Source: an uncultured Candidatus Binatia bacterium
GTDB lineage: Bacteria > Desulfobacterota > Binatia > Bin18
Assembly (NCBI GenBank): GCA_965200355.1
Contig: OZ241351.1
Location: 44,896 to 108,895 of the forward strand
Direction: 5' to 3'
Length of the DNA stretch: 64,000 nt
Position 1 is the stretch's first letter. Every line of letters begins with the position of its first letter. Made by a program: the position numbers and the translations under genes. The notes beneath the pieces are model-generated. The model had not been told where the DNA came from and did no database searches. It saw only the letters and a program-made list of their open reading frames with translations. Below are positions 49,485 through 58,936 of this stretch, in pieces.

Positions 49485-52144
49485 CTGCGGTCCGTACTCG
49501 TGGCCCTGTGCCTCATGCTGCCCCTGTTCGGGCTGAGCGTGCCCGAGGCCGCGGCCCAGATCTCGCCCAGCTTTTGCACCGGGGAGGACAGCCTGGCCGC
49601 TCAAGGTCCACCGGCCCGGAGTCTGGCTCTCCACCCACCTGCCCCGAGCCACCGGCGGCACCGGTGCGCTGACCTACAGCCTCAGGCCGGCCCTGCCGGC
49701 CGGCCTGACCTTCAACGCCGCCACCCGCCTGCTCAGCGGGTGGCCCACCACGCTGACTCGCGAGGACGCGACGCAAGCCGAGATCACCTACACCTACACC
49801 GTCACCGACAGTGCAGGCAGAACCGACCGCCTCATCTTTACCCTTGCCGTCCGAGCCGTCGCCTTTCCCCGGCCCGTCTTGCGCGAGGCGGCTGATCGAC
49901 GGCTGACCCAGGTCTACGTCCAAAACGTCGCAATTGATCCCCTCATCCTGCCCGCCGCCGAGGGCGACGGTGATCTCATCTACAGCATCAGGCCGCCCCT
50001 GCCGGCCGGGCTGACCTTCGACCCCGACACCCGCACCCTGAGTGGCACGCCCACCACCCCCAGGGCGACATCACCTACACCCTGACCGCCACCGACGCTG
50101 ACGGCAACACCGACCGCCTCACCCTGACCATCTCGGTCCAGCTGCTGGCCTTCCGGCAGCCCGTCGCCAATCAGATTTATGTCAAAGACACGCCCATCAC
50201 CGACCTCGTCCTGCCCGAAGCCGAGGGCGGCGGCACGGTCACCTACACCCTGGTCCCCAGTCTCTCCAACGGAACGCTGGCCTTCGACGCCACCGACCTC
50301 ACCATCAGCGGCACGCCCGATACTATCCAGGACACCGCGTACACCCTGCAAGCGACCCGCGGGAGCACCACCGCCACCCGCACCTTCTACATCACCGTAG
50401 AGGCCGATGCTGTGACCGCCGACCGGGAGGCCCTGCTCGCCCTCTACGACGCCACCAGGGGGGCCACCTGCTGGGCAAGCAATACCAACTGGGACAGTGC
50501 GAATGCCCTTGGTGACTGGGAGGGTGTCACTACCAACGCTGCTGGCCGCGTGACCCACATCGAACTTCGTGAGAATCAGTTGACCGGCCCCCTGCCGGAC
50601 GAGATGGGCGTCCTGAGCAGCCTGGAGGAACTCTGGCTCAACAAAAACCAGTTGAGCGGCCCCATCCCAAGGAGGTCGGCAACTTGAGCAGCCTGGAGGA
50701 TCTCTATCTCCACACCAACCAGTTGAGCAGTCTCCCGTCCGAGCTGGGCAAGCTCAGCCGATTGTTTTGGCTCTATCTCCACAACAACCAATTGAGCGGC
50801 AGCATTCCCGCCGAGTTGGGTCGCCTGACCAGCCTGACGCGGCTCTGGCTCCACCGCAACCAATTGAGCGGCGACATTCCCATCGAGTTACGCAGCCTGA
50901 CCCGCCTGAGCAGCCTCGGCCTGGACTACAACGCGGCCACCCTCTGCCTGTCGGAAGATGTGCCAAACGATGCCGATGCCATGCGCACTTGGTACAACGG
51001 CAGCGGGCCGGAAGAGACCGTCGGCTTGTGCGGCACCACCGCCCCCGGTGAACTGGCCGTCACGCCCGTGGCCGGCGAGCCGGGGCGTCTCAGGGCCCGG
51101 TGGACCGCGCCCACCAACCCGGACTTCACCCTTAACGGGTATCACGTCGAATACAGCCCAGACGGCGGGACGACCTGGACCGACCGGCAGACCGTCGCCG
51201 GCGAAAGCGCCCTGCTCAGCGGCCTGCCAGCGGGGTCTTATTACGTGCGGGTGCGGGCCGTGGGCGAAAGTCCCAACAATTCCATCGCGGATACCAACCG
51301 CCTCGGCACCCTGTGAAGCACGACCAGCACCGTCAGCGGCGCGGTCACGGTGATGCCGACCACCCTGATCGTGGAGGAGGCGGGCGAAGACACCTACACC
51401 ATCGTCTTGGCGACCGAGCCCACCGGCCCGGTCACCGTCACCCCCATCTCCAGCGACACCACCATCGTCCGCGTCCTCACTGAATCACTGCTATTCACCG
51501 CCGAGGACTGGCAGACCCCCCAGACTGGGGAGGTGCAGGGCGTCAACGACGCTATCGACAACCCCAACGACCAGCGGGAGACCACCATTCAGCATATCGT
51601 CCGCGGCGGGGGGTATACTGATACCGTCCGCGCCATCGTCACCATGATCGTCCTCGATAATGATGACCCACTGCCACCGGCCCCACCGGCCCCTATCGAC
51701 GACCGCACCGCCGCCACCCTCGAGATTCCCCCGGACGGCTCCGCTCAGAGTGGCGTTGGCCTGGTCTCCGGCTGGGCCTGCGCGGCCGACAGCGTGGAAG
51801 TGGAGTTTATTCCCGAAGCCGGCGCGTCCTGGCGCACCGAGGCCGCCTACGGCACCGACCGCCCCGACACCGCAGACGAGTGCGGCGATACCAACAACGG
51901 CTTCGGCTTACTACACAACTGGAACCGTTTAGGCGACGGCACCCACGAAGTCGTCGTGTGGCTGGATGGAGAAGAAGTTGGCCGACGGACCATTACCGTC
52001 ACCACCTTGGGCGAGGCATTCCCGCTGGGGCTGCGCGGCACCTATACGCTGGAGGACTTTCCGCGTGCCGGCGAGAGTGTGACCGTGGAGTGGCAGGAAG
52101 TGCAACAGAACTTCGTGATAACGGACTGGATGGGAGCGGAGTAG
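49476..52144 (+). pseudogene. Secreted multidomain protein (signal peptide, 3 Ig-like repeats, LRR cap plus LRRs, FN3, Calx-beta-like, C-terminal domain), fragmented
   Basis: LPAGLTF..LSGTPT repeats; DREALLALY..W.GV..GRVT; L..L.L..NQLSG.IP.ELG; WTAP..YHVEY..YYVRVRA; frameshifts near 49605, 50060 and 50668; in-frame TGA at 51314. Confidence 0.8.
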
Positions 52145-52317
52145 GGGCACCCCCCTGGGGGCCCGGCCTGCGGGCGGCCCCCTCTCCCCAACCCCCTTCG
52201 ACATGCTCAGGACAGACTCTCCCGCCAGGGGAGAGGGGGTCAGTCCTGGGAGCGCGGGCATCTTGCCCGCCTCTTGTCCCTCCCCTTAAGGGGGAACAGA
52301 AATCCCCTCTCCCTTGA
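52141..52317. repeat. GTAG-like REP plus composite MITE-like repeat, copy 2
   Basis: GTAGGGGCACCCCCCTG at 52141 includes the stop codon; 52176-52317 aligns with 36623-36753. Confidence 0.8.
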
Positions 52318-52337
52318 CTGACCCCGGAAAACCCGCG

Positions 52338-53780
52338 TCACGTCTTAATCCGCACGCGGTAGCCAAGTTTCACCTCGCCATTCTGCGGCACCGTGACTTC
52401 AAAACGCAGAGTATGCGCGTCGGGCTTTTCGTACCGCTCTGGCGTAGAAGCGACGACCTCCCAGTCCCCGTACATGGGCTCTTCGACGCGGACCCGCACT
52501 TCTTCGTCCTTGTGATTACGGATGACGATCTGCCAGCTCACCTCTAACAAGCGGCGTGATAAGCGCGTAAAGCTGGTTTGGCGGCGTTCCCCAAGGACAT
52601 CAAACGCTTCGCCCATTTTCACCGTGACTGTCTCGTCTTTGGGCGTGTGGTCAATCCGGTCTTCACCGACAAATTGGAGACTGCCGTGCGCGTCGGCTTT
52701 GTACACGCGGATAGTCCCTTTGGGCAGGGGCATTCCCAGGTTGTGCTGCGGGGTGTTTGCGATTTCGAGATAGACACTCACTTTTTGTTGAGGCGGGGGC
52801 GTGTCAACGCTGGCCCGCATATAATATGGCTGGCCACGCAGAGTGAGGCGTTTGGTCAGAGGAATATCCGTGGCGGATAAGAGCGCTATCTGCTTGGTCT
52901 GATTGTTTTGAACTGTGGCCGGGCGGTCCAGGGTATACAGGTGGTATTCAAAAAAGGACTCTTCCTGAAACTGCGGCTCGGCCAGCGCGCTCGCCTCTGG
53001 TGCCAGCGCCATGAGCGTGGCGCGGCGCGCTTCCGGCTGAACCCGGTTCACATCACCGGCGACTAATTTGAGTGTGGCGTTGCGATACGTAGCGCCGGAT
53101 GTGTTCTCAATAGAGACCCAGCCGGACAGGTCTGCCAGCGTGTCGTCAGGGTTTAAGGCGGCCACATAATCGGCCTCCCAGGTAATGTCATTAGTGAGGT
53201 ATGAGGTTTCAATGGTTTGGGTGCGTGCGGCCTGGGCCTGGAGCAGCCACACCAGGGTCGGCTTGGCAATCAAATTGGCGGGCAGTTGGGGTAAAATCAC
53301 TCGGCCCGGCAGACCAATCGAGATTTCGTCTCCGACTTGATAAATCGGGGAGTCGTTGGTGGAGAGCAGGGTGGCGGTCACGAGTGCTTCTTTGCCGGTA
53401 AAATAATTCGTGTCGAGCAGCTTGACTTCTTTGCCCACGTATTTTTCGAGCAGTGTATTCGGGCTGAGCAGGTCATATTCATAGTTCTGTTCCAAGACCT
53501 GGAGCGTTTTCGCGTCAGTCCGCGACCGCATCAGCACCGTTGTGGGCATAATCCGGGCGGCCACATCCATGAATTGAAGGCGGGTGAGGCCCTCAGCCAG
53601 TTCAATCTCACGGACATCTTTGACCAGCCCCAGGTTGGAATTACAAATCGTCAGCGCCACCTGGGTTTGGTCCGCCCGGGTGCTGGTCAGCGGCGCGGCA
53701 AAGAGGAACGGCGGACACAGGACCGCGCACACAAAAAGGCTCGCCGCGAGCAGCGAGCCACAGTGTTTCATGGGCGGCAT
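52338..53780 (-). CDS. DUF4139 domain protein (signal peptide)
   Basis: LGLVKDVR, EQNYEYDL, LVAGDVNRV, FEYHLY, LGMPLPKG.IRVY, GEDRIDHTP. Confidence 0.85.
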   Translation of the reverse strand: MPPMKHCGSLLAASLFVCAVLCPPFLFAAPLTSTRADQTQVALTICNSNLGLVKDVREIELAEGLTRLQFMDVAARIMPTTVLMRSRTDAKTLQVLEQNYEYDLLSPNTLLEKYVGKEVKLLDTNYFTGKEALVTATLLSTNDSPIYQVGDEISIGLPGRVILPQLPANLIAKPTLVWLLQAQAARTQTIETSYLTNDITWEADYVAALNPDDTLADLSGWVSIENTSGATYRNATLKLVAGDVNRVQPEARRATLMALAPEASALAEPQFQEESFFEYHLYTLDRPATVQNNQTKQIALLSATDIPLTKRLTLRGQPYYMRASVDTPPPQQKVSVYLEIANTPQHNLGMPLPKGTIRVYKADAHGSLQFVGEDRIDHTPKDETVTVKMGEAFDVLGERRQTSFTRLSRRLLEVSWQIVIRNHKDEEVRVRVEEPMYGDWEVVASTPERYEKPDAHTLRFEVTVPQNGEVKLGYRVRIKT

Positions 53781-53799
53781 GGGTTGACTCTTGATGCGC

Positions 53800-55050
53800 T
53801 TAGATCACGCCTTTTTCTTTGAGCTGGGCCACTTCTTCCCGGCTGAGTCCGGCAAAATGGGTGTAAATCTGCTCGTTGTCATGCCCGACGGGCACCGACC
53901 CGCGCCAGAGCTTGCCCGGTGTTGCGGAAAAGGAAGGGCTGACGCCGGTCCCTTTGACCGTGCCGACCTGATTGTCCTCCCACTCGACATGAACATTGCG
54001 CGCCTCGTAGTGCGGATCTTCCGCCATATCCTTGCTGTTCATAATCGGACAGCAGGCGACCTGGGCGGCATTCAACTGGTCAACCACCTCTTCTACGGTT
54101 CGTTCGGCAATCCAGCCCCGCAGCAGGGCGTCAAACTCGATGCCTTCCATGCCGTTAATATCGACACTGGCCCGCTGCCATTTCTCTTCTTGTGGGTCAA
54201 GGCCCAGCACCCGACACACCCGAGAAAAAACCGCCAAACCAACCGCGCCGACCACCACCCAGCCATCGCTGGCCTGGAACGCATCATAGGGTTGAAACGC
54301 CGTGGCTTTATTGCCGGTGCGCTCGCGGACAAAACTGTTGCTGAAATACTCAACCATCGTCCCCGAGAGCAGGCGGTGGATGGCTTCGAACTGCGAGATA
54401 TCAACGACCTGCCCTTTGCCGGTGCGCTGCGCGGAAATATAGCCAGCCAGGGACGACCACAGGCAAAACAAGGCCGTAATATAGTCGGCCGTCCAGGGGT
54501 TGGCCCGCACCGGCGGGTCCGGGTCGGGAAAGCCGGTCTGGTACATCAGCCCGCCAAACGCCTGGCCGATCATGTCATACGAGGCCCGGCCCAGATAGTC
54601 CTGATGGCCGCTCTGACCGTAGCCGGAGACATGGGCAATGACGAGCTTGGGGTTGGCCTGAAGGACGGCCTCGTCGGTCAGGCCCCATTTGGTATAGGAG
54701 CCGGGCTTGGAACTCTCCATCCAGATATCACACGACTGGACCAGCTTGAGAAACAGGTCTTTCCCCTCGGGCCGGCTGAAGTCCAGGGTGACATACCATT
54801 CGTTGCGCCGTTCCTGAATCCAGGTGGTGGCCACCTGTCCCTGGCCGTCTTTGGTTGGCAGTTGCATCCCCAAATGACGCCAGGCCGCGTCGCCCTCTCC
54901 AGTGCGCTCAATCTGGATGACCTCGGCGCCCATTTCCGCGGCCAAGGCCGCGGCAAACGGCTGAGCAACGAGAGTCCCGCTCGATACAATCCGCACGCCC
55001 TGCAACGGGCCGAACTGTTCGGGTAGCAGTGATGCCGGACGTGTCTCCAT
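53800..55050 (-). CDS. Family III (CaiB-like) CoA transferase
   Basis: FGPLQGVRIV, MGAEVIQIE, HVSGYGQSG, ADYITA. Confidence 0.9.
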   Translation of the reverse strand: METRPASLLPEQFGPLQGVRIVSSGTLVAQPFAAALAAEMGAEVIQIERTGEGDAAWRHLGMQLPTKDGQGQVATTWIQERRNEWYVTLDFSRPEGKDLFLKLVQSCDIWMESSKPGSYTKWGLTDEAVLQANPKLVIAHVSGYGQSGHQDYLGRASYDMIGQAFGGLMYQTGFPDPDPPVRANPWTADYITALFCLWSSLAGYISAQRTGKGQVVDISQFEAIHRLLSGTMVEYFSNSFVRERTGNKATAFQPYDAFQASDGWVVVGAVGLAVFSRVCRVLGLDPQEEKWQRASVDINGMEGIEFDALLRGWIAERTVEEVVDQLNAAQVACCPIMNSKDMAEDPHYEARNVHVEWEDNQVGTVKGTGVSPSFSATPGKLWRGSVPVGHDNEQIYTHFAGLSREEVAQLKEKGVI

Positions 55051-55094
55051 ACCGATCCTCCCCTGTCTCCTGTAATATGCTGTCCATCCCTATT

Positions 55095-56786
55095 TTAGCG
55101 GCCCGTACTGCGCAGCACCTGGCCGGGCAAGCCGCCCTGATACTCGTCGTCCTGATACAGCACCTGGCCGGATACGACCGTCGTCTTGATGCCCTTGGAT
55201 TTGGCAACAAAGCGTTTTCCCCCGCCGGGCAGGTCCCAGACATATTCCGGGTCCTTTGCGTCTACCGTGTCGGGGTCGAACAAGGTCAAATCGGCCACCA
55301 GGCCCGGAGCGATCCGCCCCCGGTTGGGAATGCCGAACAGAGCGGCCGGGACTGAGGTCAGCCGCCGCACGCCTTCTTCAATGGTCAATACCTGGTTGTC
55401 CCGCACCCAGCGGCCAAGCAGATAGGTCGCATAGCCCGCATCGCACAGCATATCCACATGCGCCCCGCCGTCGGACAGGCCAATCAAAAAGCGGGGATCA
55501 CTGACCAGGTTCTTCACCCCTTCGGGTTCAAAGTTGAACGCCTGGAGGTCGAACAGCAGCTCCAGGCGGTCGGCCACGGCCAAGTCGAGAAAGGCGTCCA
55601 CCACATCCTTGCCCTGGTCGCGGGCAATCTCGGCGACCGTTTTCTTGCTGGCAACATGCGGTTTGATTGCCTCGCTGTGAGCATCAATCACGGTCATCCG
55701 CCCCCACTGGCCGCGAAAGATGCGGCGCGTGTCCATCTCTTCACGAAAGGCGTTGCGAAAGCCTGGGTCGGCGTAAATCTGCATTTGCTCTTCCACACTC
55801 TTATTGAAGACATTGTGCCAGGCCGAAAAAATCGCAAAGATGAACGGGTTCTTCATATTGAACTGGACTCGCAAGGGGCGGCAGGTAATCTGCGGCACGG
55901 CTTTGTCCCAGCCGAGGATGGGTTGAACCTTCTCCACGGCGTTCAAATACGACTCCGGCTTGCCCGGCTTATTGAACAGGGCCAGAAACGTCACCGGACG
56001 CTGGCTTTCATCCACCAGGAATTTGAGCAGCTCGTATTCGTCGTCCGAGACCTGGCCAACATTGGTCCCGGTCAGGGCAATCTCAATTGTGCCCCGGCCT
56101 TCTTCTTTCATGACCTGGCACAGTGCGCTCCACTCGGCCCGGCTGGCATTGCGGCAGGCCAGCGGCCGGCCTTCAAAGCCAATATGGTTGTTGAGGATGG
56201 TGCTGGTCAGGCCAAACGCGCCGGCGCGCATGGCGTTGCGAAACAGCCGTTGCATCTCCCCGATTTCGTCCGGGGTGGCCTCCCGCTCAAACGACTCTTC
56301 GCCCATGACATAGTGCCGCAGGGGCGTGAGGGCGGCTAAGGAGGCCACGTTAATGCCCATGCCGCGCTTTTGCAGGACATCAAGGTATTCGGCGTGGGTT
56401 TCCCACTGCCAGTCTATGCCCCGCTCCATGACCTCAAACGGAATGGCTTCGACATTGACCAAATCCCACATGACAATATCACGGGCGGTGGGTCGAACCG
56501 GCGCAACGCCCACCCCGCAGTTGCCCATCACCACCGTGGTAATGCCGTGCCAGGAGGAGCACGTCACCAGCGGGTCCCAGGCGACTTGGGCATCGTAGTG
56601 GGTATGGGGATCAATAAAGCCTGGGGCCAGCACCAGGCCGTCGGCCTTGATGGTCTTGTGGGCCGCCTCGCCCTTGCCCCTGCCCACTGCGGCAATCAGG
56701 CCGTCTTTGACCGCCACATTGCCGTAGAAACTTGGTGCGCCCGTGCCGTCACAGATACGAGCGTTTTCAATAATCAGGTCGTACAT
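55095..56786 (-). CDS. N-acyl-D-amino-acid deacylase-like amidohydrolase
   Basis: PGFIDPHTHYD, GNCGVG, SDGGAH, ADLTLFDP. Confidence 0.9.
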   Translation of the reverse strand: MYDLIIENARICDGTGAPSFYGNVAVKDGLIAAVGRGKGEAAHKTIKADGLVLAPGFIDPHTHYDAQVAWDPLVTCSSWHGITTVVMGNCGVGVAPVRPTARDIVMWDLVNVEAIPFEVMERGIDWQWETHAEYLDVLQKRGMGINVASLAALTPLRHYVMGEESFEREATPDEIGEMQRLFRNAMRAGAFGLTSTILNNHIGFEGRPLACRNASRAEWSALCQVMKEEGRGTIEIALTGTNVGQVSDDEYELLKFLVDESQRPVTFLALFNKPGKPESYLNAVEKVQPILGWDKAVPQITCRPLRVQFNMKNPFIFAIFSAWHNVFNKSVEEQMQIYADPGFRNAFREEMDTRRIFRGQWGRMTVIDAHSEAIKPHVASKKTVAEIARDQGKDVVDAFLDLAVADRLELLFDLQAFNFEPEGVKNLVSDPRFLIGLSDGGAHVDMLCDAGYATYLLGRWVRDNQVLTIEEGVRRLTSVPAALFGIPNRGRIAPGLVADLTLFDPDTVDAKDPEYVWDLPGGGKRFVAKSKGIKTTVVSGQVLYQDDEYQGGLPGQVLRSTGR

Positions 56787-56831
56787 GAATCATCCCTCCT
56801 CTTTACAAATTGTTGTACGAATCGTTCCCAA

Positions 56832-57572
56832 TCAGCCCAAATCGACCTGGACACCGGTCTCCAGGCCCATCGCCACCCGATACCCGCCCTCCTGGGCGGC
56901 CTGGAATTTCTCACACCAGGTGGTCACGCTGTCTCGAATTTTCTGCTGGCGTTCGGCTGTGGTGGCATAGGCCCGCACCATGTCAAAAACGGGCTCGCCG
57001 TGGGCTGCGGCCTCACCGGCGTGGGCATAAAAGAATTCAAGCTCGTGCCGGCTCAGCCCATATTGTTCTTTGAGCGCGCCCACCAGGCCCTTCATGGAAT
57101 CATCGCTGCGCGTCTCGCCGCCAATCGACATGGCGGCCAGGGTGACGAGACCGTACTCTTTTCGGCCAAGCGCAATCACCCAGTCAACATAGGCGACCGA
57201 CTCTTGGGCAACAACTGGCTGCCGGACCTCCTCCTCGGTGGCCCCGAGGGCGTGGGCCAGGCGCATGGACAGCATCCAGTGGGCGTCTTCCCCGCGGCCC
57301 ATCGTCGTTTCTTCGTCAATCAGATTGTCAACAATATGGCGTCGGATTTTCTGGTCCAGCGGTCCGAGGCCAGTATTCATAAAAATGCCACCAAAGGCCC
57401 GGATATGCTGACCGGTGACATAAAAGAGGTTAAGCGCCCATTTTTTCAGTTGCTCACGAGACAGCTCTCCGGCCAGCAAGCCCCGGTAAAAATTGGGGCC
57501 AAGGAGAGGCTTTTCATCTTGGTGTTGGATATAGCCGCGCAAGTCCGCCAAAAACGTCTCAACTGTTGCCAT
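56832..57572 (-). CDS. Heme-oxygenase-like di-iron protein (PqqC/CADD/TenA fold)
   Basis: GELSREQL..W, NLIDEE..AH, FFYAH..EAAH. Confidence 0.75.
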   Translation of the reverse strand: MATVETFLADLRGYIQHQDEKPLLGPNFYRGLLAGELSREQLKKWALNLFYVTGQHIRAFGGIFMNTGLGPLDQKIRRHIVDNLIDEETTMGRGEDAHWMLSMRLAHALGATEEEVRQPVVAQESVAYVDWVIALGRKEYGLVTLAAMSIGGETRSDDSMKGLVGALKEQYGLSRHELEFFYAHAGEAAAHGEPVFDMVRAYATTAERQQKIRDSVTTWCEKFQAAQEGGYRVAMGLETGVQVDLG

Positions 57573-57636
57573 GACCCCCTCCTTCTCCCTGCCTTATGTA
57601 TCCTTTTGCAGCCGAGCGGCGCAAGAGAACAGGGCG

Positions 57637-57999
57637 TTACGGTTCACGGCTGCCCGCCGGGTCAAGCCGCGCCGGGTCGAGGCGGACAAGGGTCGCGCCC
57701 CAACTGCCGGCCTCCAGGGGCGCATCGGCAAAGTCTGTCACATGGGACAGGCGAGCGAGCAGCGCACGAATACTCTCACGCTGAACCCCCTTGCCTTTGC
57801 CGTGGATGAGCCGCACCTGGGTCAATCCTGCTTGACAACATGCGTGCAGATATTCCTCGACAACGCTACGGATTTCCTTGGGCGCAAAAGGATGGAGGTC
57901 AATCACATCCTCAAGGGGCATGACAATCGGGTCGGGGAAGGGGCTGTCGTCGAGTGCTTCCAAGGCGGAGGGAAGGGGCTGGGGGTCTTTTTTTTGCAT
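57637..57999 (-). CDS. Smr/MutS2 domain protein
   Basis: IDLHPF, VRLIHGKGKG, WGATLV. Confidence 0.9.
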   Translation of the reverse strand: MQKKDPQPLPSALEALDDSPFPDPIVMPLEDVIDLHPFAPKEIRSVVEEYLHACCQAGLTQVRLIHGKGKGVQRESIRALLARLSHVTDFADAPLEAGSWGATLVRLDPARLDPAGSREP

Positions 58000-58039
58000 C
58001 TCGGTCCCTCACTCGATACTGAGCGTTGCGCCGCACAGA

Positions 58040-58132
58040 CCTCGGCCTTGACTCAGCCAAATCGGCTTTGGTGGCTCCGGCTTTCTGGAGGGCCTGAACG
58101 GCTTTGTCGGTATCGAAGGCGAGGGCGGGCAT
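58040..58132 (-). pseudogene. DUF1640-like fragment
   Basis: MPALAFDTDKAVQALQKAG directly joined to ATKADL, implying an internal deletion. Confidence 0.45.
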
Positions 58133-58243
58133 GACTTCCCTTACTGCACGCGGCCCGGCGCGTCAATGGTGAGGCCCGGCCTGCTCAGACCAGGAGCCAC
58201 AGAGGTCATTCCACTGTTTCTGAAGCGCCTGGGTGAGAGTTTC

Positions 58244-58924
58244 TCAGCGCTCTCTCCCCGCGCCTTCCCCCTCATCTTCTCGGAGTGCCATTTCCACCGA
58301 CCAGCGCACTTCCTCTTCTTTGAAAAACAGGGCCCCCCGTTTTTTGCGGGGCAGTCGGTCGGCTATGCGGGGGTAGCGCTGTTGGGCGGTGGTGAAAACC
58401 GCCCGGAGGACGCGGCGCGCCTCCACCGGCAGGTCAGTATGGATGATGGTCAGGATGTACTGGTGCTCAAGCAGGGCGGTGGTCAGCGTTTCGATAAGGG
58501 CGACGGTCGCCTCATCCTGCCCCTGCGCCTGGGTTGGAAGAGCGTGCTCGGCCTGGTCGATATAATACCAGTAGTGTTCCAGCGCGACCTGGGCCGCGGC
58601 TGTGTCCTGGACGGTCAGCATGGCTTCGGCTTCGGCCAGTTTTTCCCGGGCAAAGCCGAGCGAGAGGGTGACGACCTGTCGGGCGGTCGTGGCCAGCCAG
58701 AGTTGACCGGCTTCGGACCAGGCGTCAAGGTGATAGCCCAGCGTGTCCGGCGTCCGGCCGGGCTCCGGTAACCATTCGATATCCCCAAAGGTCGTGACAA
58801 ATCCGTGGCCGACGAGAGCGGGGCCTGGGCCTAGTCGAAGCCCGTGAGCCCAGTCGAAGGGGGCCGGGAACGCCACGAGCAGCAGGCAGACGAGCAGGCC
58901 GTTGTGAAGGGAGCCGGATTGCAT
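58244..58924 (-). CDS. Exported helical hypothetical protein (DUF5667-like)
   Basis: Hydrophobic N-terminus; PGRTPDTLGY.LD.WSE..FAREKLAEA pattern. Confidence 0.6.
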   Translation of the reverse strand: MQSGSLHNGLLVCLLLVAFPAPFDWAHGLRLGPGPALVGHGFVTTFGDIEWLPEPGRTPDTLGYHLDAWSEAGQLWLATTARQVVTLSLGFAREKLAEAEAMLTVQDTAAAQVALEHYWYYIDQAEHALPTQAQGQDEATVALIETLTTALLEHQYILTIIHTDLPVEARRVLRAVFTTAQQRYPRIADRLPRKKRGALFFKEEEVRWSVEMALREDEGEGAGRER

Positions 58925-58936
58925 GACGGGACCTGC

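Noticed and set aside
21950-51316. Stop-codon reassignment (TGA=Trp or TAG readthrough) explaining the in-frame stops
   Set aside because: All three stop types occur as interruptions, TGA and TAG terminate many intact genes here, and TGG is used normally for Trp.
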